Assembly (NCBI GenBank): GCA_000708835.1
Contig: DF237248.1
Coordinates: 1-64,000 of the forward strand
Direction of reading: 5' to 3'
Source of the DNA: Klebsormidium nitens
Taxonomy: Eukaryota > Plantae > Klebsormidiophyceae
DNA: 64,000 nt
Under the pieces are notes generated by a model, which saw only the letters and a list, made by a program, of their open reading frames with translations, was not told where the DNA came from and ran no database searches. This document shows, one piece after another, positions 22,204-33,367 of the stretch (positions are counted from its first letter, which is position 1; every line of letters starts with the position of its first letter). The position numbers and the translations under genes were made by a program.

Positions 22204-25200
22204 TCACAGGAAAGAGAAGATGCTACTTCTTTCCGGAATGGCAGCTGGGATTGCCTCTGATACACCGCCGACCTTCCGAGGAGCTTCAACCATCAGTGGT
22301 GAAACGTCTTCTTTCCGCCGTTCACCCAAGTGCTCGACGGGTGCGTTGGTGCCGCTTTCACGCTCAGTCAGAACGGCGGGCTCCGTGCTTGAGCCTTTCA
22401 CTGAGTGCGACTTGAACCCCAGAGCTGCAGCCATTTCGCCAATCTCGCCAGCAAAGTCCGATCTGAAAGAATCTGTGAAAGACTCCTTTTCGCGGCTAGA
22501 TCCGGACGCGAGAAACGTCTCGCTTCCGTACGAACGGCCTCCTCCGTTGCCTTCAGAATGAGAGGGCATCCCGGCTCCGTCAGCTAGGGTTACGTTCCGA
22601 CCTTCAGCTAGTCCGCCTCTGCTTCTGGCCCCCGTCAGAGCGGAATCGAAAGTCAACGTCGAGAGCGGCTGACTCTCTTCCGCGATTTTCCTTCTCAGAT
22701 CCGGCATCTTCCAGGTTGGGGCTTTCCTGTGAGCAGCTCCGTTGAGGAAAGATCCCAAAGGCGGTCGAGAAGTTACTGCTCTTCCCGCCTGATTTTCCGG
22801 TCCGCAAAGCTCTTCGTCACAGAAGCTTCTGTCCCCGGTCGAAGCGAGCCTGCTACCCCTGTTTTGAAACTCAAGCTTCCTCGGAGGCGAATCCCAGACG
22901 GCCTTCTCTTCCCGCTCGGGTCCTGGCTCGCAGTTGGCTGTGCGCTTCAAGGGTGCGTTGTTTTGCCGTAGGGAGAACCCAGAAGCAGGAGCTCGGTTCT
23001 TTCCGGAGGATGCCTTTGACATGGACGCGGCAAACGACTGTGCAGCGCTCGGGCCGCTTGGTTCTGCCGCTGCTGAGGAAGTGGATCCACTAGGAGCCCC
23101 TCTGAGGGAAGAGAGGGCCGTCACCTTTGGTTGCGCCGAGCGAGCGGAAAGCGTTGCGTCCGAGTGCGCCGACGGCCGGGAGAAGAGCTTGGCAGTGCTC
23201 GAGAAAGTACGCGTCCGCTCGGGAAGTTGCTCTGAGGAGGGTCCGTCTTGATTCGAGGAGGAGATTCTGCTCCGTTTCGGAGGGAACAGACTGTTCAACG
23301 GTGCTTCTGACATGTTCCGCTTTGCAGGAACGGGCTCCACTGGTGGAACCAGGTTTTCGGTTTTGGCGTGGGAAGAACCTCTGCTGGTCCATAGCGCTGA
23401 AAGAAAATTCTGAGGTCAAATCAGAAAAAAAAGGTTTAGCAATATGCATACGGAACCAAATTTGAATTGAGGCTCTCTTGTAAAACAAGCACTAAGGGCG
23501 GCACGTTCTAGCATAGTTCTTGCCAACATGGCACGTTTTCTCGACAACGACAGTCACAAACACAGAGATCTGGATTGAAAGGAACTCACATCGTTGCCAT
23601 CCGTTCCATTCGCTCTGCGTCCAGTCCAGGTTCCTCTTGCAACATGCATGCTCGCACGCGCTTCTGTCTGCAAAGAGAAAAGGGCGTTCATTTCTGCGGA
23701 AACGCTATCAAGAGGTGCTCCTTAGTCTCAAGGCACATTAGGACCATTTTATCTGGAAGGATTACCGCTTCTGAGGTTTGCAACGGAAGCATACAGATAC
23801 TCTCGGGCACCTCATCACGGAGTCCCTACTTGAGGAACAAAGTTTGACACGCCTGCAATAGTACTTCGAACCATTCTATTGCATCCTCACCTGCACAAGG
23901 GCACCTGCAAGCTTGCTGCTGCAGCGCCTCTCCTCCTGCCCCGGTATCTTGAAGAAGTTTTGCGGATCTGCAACGAAGTTCGAAGATTCATCACATGCGG
24001 CAACATGCATTCAATGGGCAATTCGTAATCAAAAGCAGTGGCAGCTTTTGAAAGGTACTTGGAAGTGCACTTGTCCAGCAAGATTTTTGGCTGAAACGGC
24101 GCAAAGACTGGAGCAATACCTGTGATACTAAACAAGGCAGCTCTGACCGAGGGGACAAGTCTAAGATTGTCATCGAGAACAGCTCACATGCTAGGCTCCA
24201 CTGACGATCCGGCTGGTGGCATTTCCAAGCTTGCGCCGTCCGATCCAGAGCATCGATCCGACTGAATTCTGGTGTTGTAACGAAAAGCCGTGAAATCCTC
24301 AAATGCTTGAGGGCCCATGTGCGGTCTTGGCATCTCCTGCGTTTTCTTAGCTGCTTTTTGGGCCGCTTTTTCACCGTTCTTGGAGGCTTTCTGTGATGCT
24401 GATGACTTTGCTGGTTCATGTGCGATCTCAGACTTTGAGGATCGGTCGTACGTGACTTGTGCGGTTATGTCAAGACCAACTGCAAGAAGGAAAAGAAAAT
24501 TGTTCTGGCTGGTCATGGAACGGCATTGCAATACGGGGAAGTCGTTCCCTTAAATACCGTACACCATGTGCGTTACGAACCGGAGGACAGACGCTTATCG
24601 CAGTCCTGAAGGAGGGTTATCATTGGAGAGCGTGCTGAGCTGTCTTACTACGACATCAGTGGAGTGGCCTTCAGAGCGTCTTGAATGCGTTGTACCGTTT
24701 GCAAAGTCTAGTCGGTTTTAGACCAGGAGCCTGATGCTTACCGTAGTCCTCCAAAATGACTGTGGCGGTGATGTTGGAGGGAGACCCGGAAGCGTTTCTA
24801 TTGGCGACTACGGTGAAGTAGTACGGGCTGCAGAAAAGCGAACAACCAAGATATGGGCATCAAGTGGGGCTTTGAAGCCTGACGACTGTCATCTAAAACT
24901 CGCTTGTCAAACGGAATCCAGGTTTTACTTGAACAGCAGTGCAACCATGTGGGTCACAATTACTGAGACGATTGCAGAGATACAGGTTGAGAGTCCCTAC
25001 CTCGAGAATTGGTCGAGCCTGCAAGGTACAAGGAGATGCAGTTGTTTTACTGCCCTCTAATCGCCACGAATCCACGACGAAGGAACCCCGGTTCATGTTT
25101 TCGGCAAGATTCAGGGATTCACTGCTATGCTCTTGGATTTCGAAGACTTGCTGGGCACTGAAACAAAGTCTCTGTCGATTTGATGCCTCCTGTCATACAA

Positions 25201-28200
25201 ACGCTTTAAATCTTCATACGTCGTAGGTCCGTGAACAAAAAGAAACATACCTTATCTTCTCAAAAGCCAAAAGCCTGTTATCTTGCTCGCTCCCGACCAC
25301 CTGCGAGGAAACTCCAGCTTTTAGGAGTCGTTGAAGGTGAGATCGAAAAGAGTCACTTGGATGAGGCTCTGACGTCAGAAAGTAACGTACGTACTTGCCT
25401 GCGCTTTCGCGGGAAGTCCTTCTTAATCAAGCCTCTATTTCTCCGGCGCTGGGCCCCATGAACCTCGTCTTGTGATTGCAAGGATGATGCGGTCAGGCTA
25501 GCGACTGGCGGATCATTTCAGATACACTTACCAGAGCTGCCGAATGCCACTGCTGGGCCCCCGCCTGGGACGGCGGCGAGATCCTGGTCAGCGTCACGAG
25601 GTACTCGTGTTGCCCGAGGAGATGCCTGTCCGTCTCATGCAGATCCAGGGCGACCCTTGCCGGCAGTTCTTGAAGGGCCTGCTTGAGCTGGTTTCCGAAT
25701 GGGTACTTTCTGCCCGTGATCGTCTCCAGCCTGCGCGGGTCCGCCTTCTCGAGCGCTTCAAAGGTGGAGAAGCCAGCTGCCAAGAGAGCCTGAAGAGGGG
25801 ATTGCGAACAGAAGGATTGGAAAGCCCTCCTTCTAAAAAGGCATGGTATATTCCGTGAGACCTTTGCAGATTGTAACCCGCTGCATGTACGTAGGTTTTA
25901 TGCTAGTAGGCCATGAAATTTTATATGTGGACACTCATGTCCGTGTCGTTTCGTCAAAATCAGAATCTTACCCTTTGTGTCATCGTCCCAACTCCGTGAA
26001 GCTGCTTCAGCAAGTTGGTGCTGTCTTCCCACATCCTTTGACGGAGACACTTTGCCAACGTCAGAGCCGCGACAGTCTCCTTGTAGCGTTTCTTAGAGGC
26101 GAAGTATTCACTCATACACCGTGCAATACGGGAGCCGTTCGAGCAGATTCCGGAAACGTCCTGCGGAAATGGAATGAAGAACCAACATAAACCAGCTGAA
26201 AACTGGCTCTCTCCAAGCATGGTGCGTCAGAATCCCAGAAAATGGCTAAAGAAACCAGGGTATGAAGTTACTGGTGTGAGAGTATTCAATGGAGGCAGCG
26301 TAATCAATCTCACGACGTGTTGCATACACTGTACTTACTTGGGTAAGCGTGAAGTCAAGTTGTGAAGGCTCTGCAGAGAGGGCATCGTTTGCAAGGACGA
26401 AGATCTTTTCTGGGTCCGTTTGAATCCTCTTTTTGGGCTTTCCGTTCGGACCCTCGACATGAAAACGGATCCGGCCAGAAGAGTCGTTGTTCATGTCGTT
26501 GAGCCTTTTCTTTTCGTCTCGCCTCAGCTTTATCCCTGCGGCAGGAGAAGAGAGTCATCGGGGCACTACAGCAGCGAGTGAGCTCCGACGAAAGGGTGAC
26601 TATTTCTTCTGCACCTCAAAGTAGGCCGTCGCAGTCTGCGGATAACATCCTCGATGCAGCGCATCAATGGTTATAAACAGAATTCATATCACGCTCTCGT
26701 TACTTACAAGAGAGCTCCTCAGCGCTTGAAAGGATCGACAGAAGCTCTCGCAGGTCGCCCGCTTCTTCGGTCTGCGTGATGAGCTTCATGGTTGTGAAGC
26801 TCAAGTAGAACCTTGCCATGAGTCTCCCAGGTTCTGAAGAATGACAAGAAGAGATGCATGAGGATTTAGAAATCGTTGAAATCTCTGGTTTCAGACGGAC
26901 TTGTGGCGAGGTGATACAAGGCGTTGAAATAAAAATTTGTGGGTCCTGTTCGAAAACATGGCTTGTAAAACTTTGATGAGCTCACCGAGCGGCTGTAGGA
27001 CGAAGCCATCGTCGTCCATCTCAATGAGACCGTACTTTGCAAGCTCGTGGACGTTCTCAACGCAAATTCCTGCAAATAAAATGCAAGATTCCGAGAGCCG
27101 TCAGAAGGACACGTCAGTAAGCCCTGGACCCTTTTGTCTGTAAGTAAAGTCTACAAAGCTCCTGAAAGACGCCTATTTCTGTAAGTATTTGAGAGGAACA
27201 AAAGGATGGAGAAGTGCCTCAAAACGACGCGCAATGCCTCAGCCAAGCCCTATTTTCTTAGCAGGCTTTCCTTTGAGGAAGCGGAGATCGCAGTGTTTTT
27301 GTTGAGACGCTTACCTTTCAGCTTCTCTTCCAGCTGATACTCGTTCACGTTGGCCTCGATCCCGTAATGCTTGGGATTCTGTACCGATGCCCAAACCACG
27401 TTTAAACATCGAACTTGGAAACGGGCCAAAGTACACTACGTTTGTGGTTACCATCATTTTTACATTCTCAGTCATTGAAGAAAGTAACAATCTGAATGGA
27501 AAAAGGATCTGCTTACCTTCTTGACACGCACGTATAGGTATGAGTTCTTCAGCCAGTCTATTGCCAGGCTGATGTCTGTCACAGTAAGCAGCACAACTTC
27601 TGCATTGAGGTGTTCCACGAGGCAATGAAGCAGCCTGCAGCAGAACCAAAATGCGCCAATTGCATACCATCAGATCACTTTGCTTCAGACGATGCGTCCC
27701 ATGATTGGGCGTTGAGTCTTCACACACTGAATTTAGTCGTTCTACATTCACCGTCTAGTGGAAACGTGACGTCCCTTTATTCAACCGGATTAAGTCATGT
27801 ACAGTGCTATTTCACCTGGATACTGTTCTGTTGCATCTTGTGCGCTTTGAATCTTTCAACCGTTGGCCGCAAAAGATGACGGCTTACTCTGACTCGACCG
27901 GTTGGGACCCTGTCAAAAGATTCTGGTACATGTGCACCTGCAGCAAAAGTTACAACACTCAAGTTCAAGCACTAGTATTCGCGAGATTCATGCCGCATCG
28001 AAACTTCTCAAACTTCCCCCACGCTGTCCTTGTCGGTGCTTTCAGACGAATGCACTTAATCCGCAGCAGATGTAGTCTCTCACCGTCTCATTCCTCGTCA
28101 TGATGACAACCGTGCCCGTATCGTCATACTGAGGCCGACCTGCTCTGCCAGCCATCTGCAAAATTACAGGTTTGTTTTGAGCGCCGCTTCTTTGATTTCT

Positions 28201-31200
28201 GGACAACCGTGTCAAGAAAGCTTTCAGAAATGCTTCGTCTCCGAAATATAAAAGCTGCTCTCGAATCTGTCGACAACTTCAACCATACCAGAAAACTGTG
28301 CTGGATACCTGAAGTATTGTTGACCGGTCGTACTCGACGTATCCACCTTTATCCTTGGCACTGCAGACCCAAAGTAGTGGATTCAACGTGACTGCGTGAT
28401 TTAATCATGAGATTCGAAGCGAATCAAGGAGCTTGCAGCTTAGAATTGCTTTGTGAGTCTTTACGAGAACTACGACAGTTACAAACTGAGCTTGGGTGGA
28501 TTGGGCTCGTACCGCATGCCTCAGCAGGTTGAGAGAAGCATCCGTGCATCTGAGGTCACTCCTGCCTATCACGTTCTCAAACAACCGGAATCTCTCGGCT
28601 TTGAAAACTCTTACTAGAATTGGGTCGATTTGATGACGACGAGGTGGGCAGGAAGGTTTACTCCATGGGCAAGCGTGCCGGTCGCGCAGACAACTTGCAG
28701 ATCGGCTCTCTTGAAGAGTCCTTCAATTGCAAGTAAACCAGAAGATTCAGGATTGAGGAGGAAGCATGTCAATGACAGCAGGGCTCCAATTTGTGCTGCC
28801 ACAAATGAATGACCAACAAGAGTCGCATGAGGGGACTCGAATAAGATAGTACGAAAGATCGTCAAAAGAACTAGGAAAAGCATCATCGAAGTAGAGTACC
28901 TTCGACGAGGGCGCGATCTTTCGCATCGAGCGCCGCGCTGTGGTATGCAACTGAACGAAACCACGAAAATCTTTTGTTATGAGTGACTCAAACAAGGCTA
29001 AAAGAGAACAGGCAGTAGCAGAGAGGATATTAGTGTCCTTATAGTAGGTGAGGACGCAGCACATGAATCAAATTCAACGATGTCGTGATGCACACGACCA
29101 TGCATAATCCTGATACTCACTTCCGTGCTTGATGCATGATTGGAGAATCTTGTCTTGAACCGTCAAGGCAGCTCTTTGAAGTCTTTCGTATTGCTCTTGA
29201 GACTTGATGAAGGGGTTGCTCCACCCCGGCTTATTGGTGTGCGCCACGAGAGCCAGTGCTGCGTCGGATGTTCCTTTTCTGGTGCTGCAAAAGACGAGCG
29301 TCGGACGCCCACCGCTGTGCTGCATGATGATATCTGAAAAAGACAAAAGAAGACCACGTACAAAGATTAGAGTCTGGTGAAGCGGAACGAATATTTCTCT
29401 TGTTTGTCTGCGATGAACAAAAAGCTAGAAGATCACATGCTTTAGGAGCTTTGCACGAGGAATGCATGGAAAGCGGAACTCACCGTTCAGGTAGCTCAGA
29501 AGTTTCTGCAAGGAAACAGATTATATATCAGATGATTCTGTATGAGGGTACAGCTTGTCAGCAACATACTGGCCATTCGTTATCTGCAGGCTTTGTAAAG
29601 ACTGCAGGGTTGCAGCAGACCTTTTTGGACAACGAGCACATGACCACCGTTGGCAGAGAATCATTCTGTCGTACGAAAAGACCGGTACAGAAGAGCGCTT
29701 ACCTTCTCGAAGAGGAAGTCGTTTCTAGCCGCCGGATAGCCTGCACAGAGCGAAGGACGTTGAATAAAAGCTGGATTTTGGGTACATTTCAGAGGAAGAC
29801 CTAGCAGGACAGAAGGAGCTTTGATCTATCCTATAAGATTTAGGTGGTCCCGCGAAACAGGCTCTACTCGAGACGATCGGCTTGTCTTACCATAGACCTT
29901 GGTGGTAAGTTGCACAGGTCTCACTTCCTCGCCGAATCTGTGATGGAGCAAGCAAACTCAAAGCCGTCAGGGACTGTTTAACCGAGGGGTAGAATCAGCG
30001 CAAAATCGTTTGGTTCGGCTGAAAATAAGGAAAGACGAGTTGTACGAAAGAGGTCCCAACCAAAGTGGTGAAAATCAAGTCGAACTTACACTTTTACACC
30101 TTGGACCGGACATCGAAGCCATTCTGCGATGTCTCTGATGTTGGGGATCGTGGCGCTGACGGCCATCAAACGGATCTTTGCAATAGGAAGGGACGTCATC
30201 TCGGGATACCTTGCAGACAAGAAAAAAACCGCTCATGGAAATCTTCGACCCAACACTGTCATGGAACGCAATCAATCAAGGCACGGGCGCAATTGCAGTC
30301 TGTTTTTGCCTTGATTGTCATAGAACATGGCTTCAGTGAAGTTGCATTCCACCTGCATGCATACAGGATTATTACTTACCTGGCTAGCATCTTCAATCGG
30401 CTGACAATGGCCTCCAATGCGGCACCTCTTGACTCATTTAGCAAGTGAACCTCGTCGATAAGGACAAGGGCAATGTCCCCGAAAAATGACATGCCTCCTG
30501 AATCATTTCTCTTTCTCGTCAAGGAGTCAAACTTCTCAGGCGTCGTGAGGATTATGTCAGCATCTTGAAGCTCCTTCAGTTGCGCGATATCGCTGTCACC
30601 TGCAAGGCGTTGGCGTGTCAATCTTCACTGTCAGTAAAAGCAGATGTCATTTCGTCAAAGACTTCTCCGTTCTTGAAGCAAATGCCTTGTAGGGACCAGA
30701 TGCTTTCTGAGAATTACTCCCATCCAAATTATTTACTCACCTGTAAGCTCTCGACAGCATAGACCCAATCGACCTCCAAACTTCTCCTCCCATTCTGCCA
30801 GCTTCTCTTGGACTAGTGCCTGAAAAGGCAGATAATGGATCACCGTGGGTGACTCCTTTTACCGCATCTGACCGGAGAATCTGCCAGATTAAGGTAGTTG
30901 TCGCAAGACAGACAGTTTGATTCAAGCACTCGTTGAGGCCCCGCCTTTTTCCGTGACCGTTCCCCCGAGCTTCACAAACAGATGCAACAGATTCCGATCG
31001 ACACGTAGACTCACCTTCATTGGGGCAATGTAAACCTGCAGTTCAAGACATTTTCTCCGGTCAGTCAAAGAGAGGACATAATTTCTTCAAGAGGAAAACG
31101 TTATGGCCTGAGCCAATTCTGTCGGATTCCAAATTTTGCTATGTTTACGTATTGAAGGCACTGCCCCAGTCTTAGGTTACAGTACTGAAATTTCTTGCGC

Positions 31201-31846
31201 ATCCAAATATCTGCAAACAGGGTACTGTACGAAACCCAACTACAATGCATCTCACCGTTTTCAGCAGACCAGGCTGGTGAACAAATGCTCCGTCTCGATC
31301 GAGGAAGCGTGTCAGTAGGCGCAGGATCGCCAATTCAAAGAGGACAGTCTTTCCGCATCCAGTCGGAGCTGCTCGCAAAACAACGAAAGACAGTGAGGAC
31401 CACTTTTACTATGGTACAACCGAATGGTACCTGTTTTTGCTCCTGCTCACGGATGGATAAAGTCTGATAATATCGATTACTTTCAGGAGGAATGAAGATC
31501 GGATCAAACCCCTGAGACTCACCTGCAACGACTAGATTGTGGTCCGATTCATACGCTTCCCTGAACGTGTCACTCTGGACCGAGTTGAAGTACCTGGCAG
31601 GACACGCAGCCCCACGATGAGTTCTCTGCTTTTCGTGGGGCTGTTGTAAATACGGTGCAAGCATCTCAATCCAACTTGTTTTGAAGACAGGTGACCTTGG
31701 GTAATTCTGTGATTTAGCCATAAATTCCTACGCCGGAAGAATGCGCATTTGACGGAACACGTGCTCACTGAAACTTGCCTGAAATCGAAAACGTTCTGGA
31801 AGCAGAACGGTAAGGCGGTCACCGCTTTCAAGGCATAGGACTCCAT
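22204..31846 (-). CDS. MER3: MER3/HFM1 (RCK) DExH meiotic crossover helicase with Sec63 region and long Ser-rich C-terminal tail, about 25 exons
   Basis: MESYALKAVTALP...FR|YFNSVQS; Walker A APTGCGKT; VYIAPMK|ALVQEK; IILTTPEKFD; LIDEVHLL; AVSATIPN; LVFCSTRKG; TLAHGVNLPAHLVVIKST; Q|MAGRAGRPQYD; HLNAEV; CSNGSRIARCMSEYF; ITGRKYPFGN; terminal SIFSFL*. Collinear with plant MER3. Confidence 0.96.
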
Positions 31847-33367
31847 CTGGACTGCACACAGAGGTCAACGTAGTTGATTTCCGACCCGCCAGGTTTGCTG
31901 GTACAATTAGCTGCTCAAGAAAACCTTGACGATGATGAGGTCAGACTGCCGAGTCTTCGTTTCGAGAGGCCCTCAAGTAGTCGACTCCATGAACGATTGG
32001 TGACACAGTACGATTTGATGCACGCGCTCTTGAAATCTTAAAAGGCTCCGTGGCCTTTTGATTATGAGCCTCTTAAAGAACAATTATCTCATGCAACGAC
32101 CTCGCAGCACGCTTTCCTTGGATCACTTGTGTCTCACTGTCCTAAATTGTGTTGAAGTCGGCTTCAAATGTATCAAGAAACTTCACAGTTCCTTTGAGAT
32201 GTGTCAGTAATCACCCCATGGTTCAATACGTACCTGAGTTGAAACGCAAATTGCATCATTTTTGACCTTCCGAAGGAACAACTCGTTTCGATCTGGACTA
32301 AGAGCTCACCTCACTTTTGCTTCCTCCTTCCGAAAGCAATTTTGGTGATCAGGGGGATTCGGAGAGGAAGCCCTTCTGATCAGAAGCAGTCTTTCAGTCT
32401 TTGCATAGATATAAGATGGACCTGAAAGACCCGTCAAGGTCTTCTTAGTCCCCACGCCCCCCTCTTGACGCAAATTTTGTGCCCACGTTTTCAAGTGCTC
32501 ATATTGCAGATTGCTTGAAAGACTATGCGCATGCTCTGCCCTCTAGCTGACATACTGCTGCACCCCTGCTCCTCCTTGAGCATCTTAGTCGGATCATTGT
32601 GGACATGAGCTTCCTTCATATGGAGGTAAGACCTAGCGCCGAACTGCTACCCTGTTTCACACTTTTACCAGGGCGGCCGGCCGCTGGACGTTTGGCGCAC
32701 CCAGCCGCCCGCGGGTCGCCCGTAGAGTTCTGACGCGGCCGCGTACGGGCCGGCGGGCGGCCGTCAAGGCCGGGCGTCAATCGCGCGCGCATTGCGCGAT
32801 CTTGTATACCCCTACAGCGCGCGCACACAGGGTACATACGGTACGCACGTACCGTCCATTGCAGGGCTCAGGGTTTAGAAGAACGATGCTCCGATCGAGA
32901 GCTGACTGAGTCAAGTCACTAGCTGCGCGACGTGACGGTTGGCGGCGCAGGCCGCGGGCGCGCATCGCGCGCGGCCCCATCAACATGAGCCGCCTGCAAA
33001 TTGTCTGGTCAGGACTGGTCAAGACGGGGCGCCTTTTTTATCAAAACATATCCAAGATCGACCTAGGTGCCTTCTTCAGGCAACTTGGCAACCAAAGTCT
33101 TTGCTTCAGATTCTACCTCTTGAGCGGAGAGCCGAAACGTGTTGAATGTTGCAGGAATGTTGCATCTTCTCGTGGAGAAGCAGATCGGACTACCTCTGTT
33201 TGTCGCCCTAGACGCAGAGTAGTGGGTGAAGTTGGTGTCCCGGGTTTTATTAGCCGATGATGTACGGTGCGGCACAGCGAAGCAGCAGGTTCTGCGAAAG
33301 ACCCAGGCGTGCTTAAGTAATAAGGAACCAGCATTTGATGCACAAATCTAGGCTCGTGTTTTGAGCC
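31847..33367. promoter_or_regulatory. Putative shared bidirectional promoter of MER3 and MSH4
   Basis: 1521 bp between divergent ATGs; no recognisable gene inside; inferred from geometry only. Confidence 0.6.
32668..32980. repeat. CpG-dense, hairpin-rich element (possible MITE-like or dispersed repeat)
   Basis: About 50 CpG in 310 bp by hand count. Inverted repeats ATCGCGC/GCGCGAT, ACGGTAC/GTACCGT, GCGCGC-ATC-GCGCGC. Related fragment at 61-192. No clear TIR or TSD found. Confidence 0.55.

Noticed and set aside
22204-23340. 378-aa Ser-rich ORF as a standalone gene
   Set aside because: It is the terminal exon of MER3 (ends SIFSFL* and is collinear with upstream exons).
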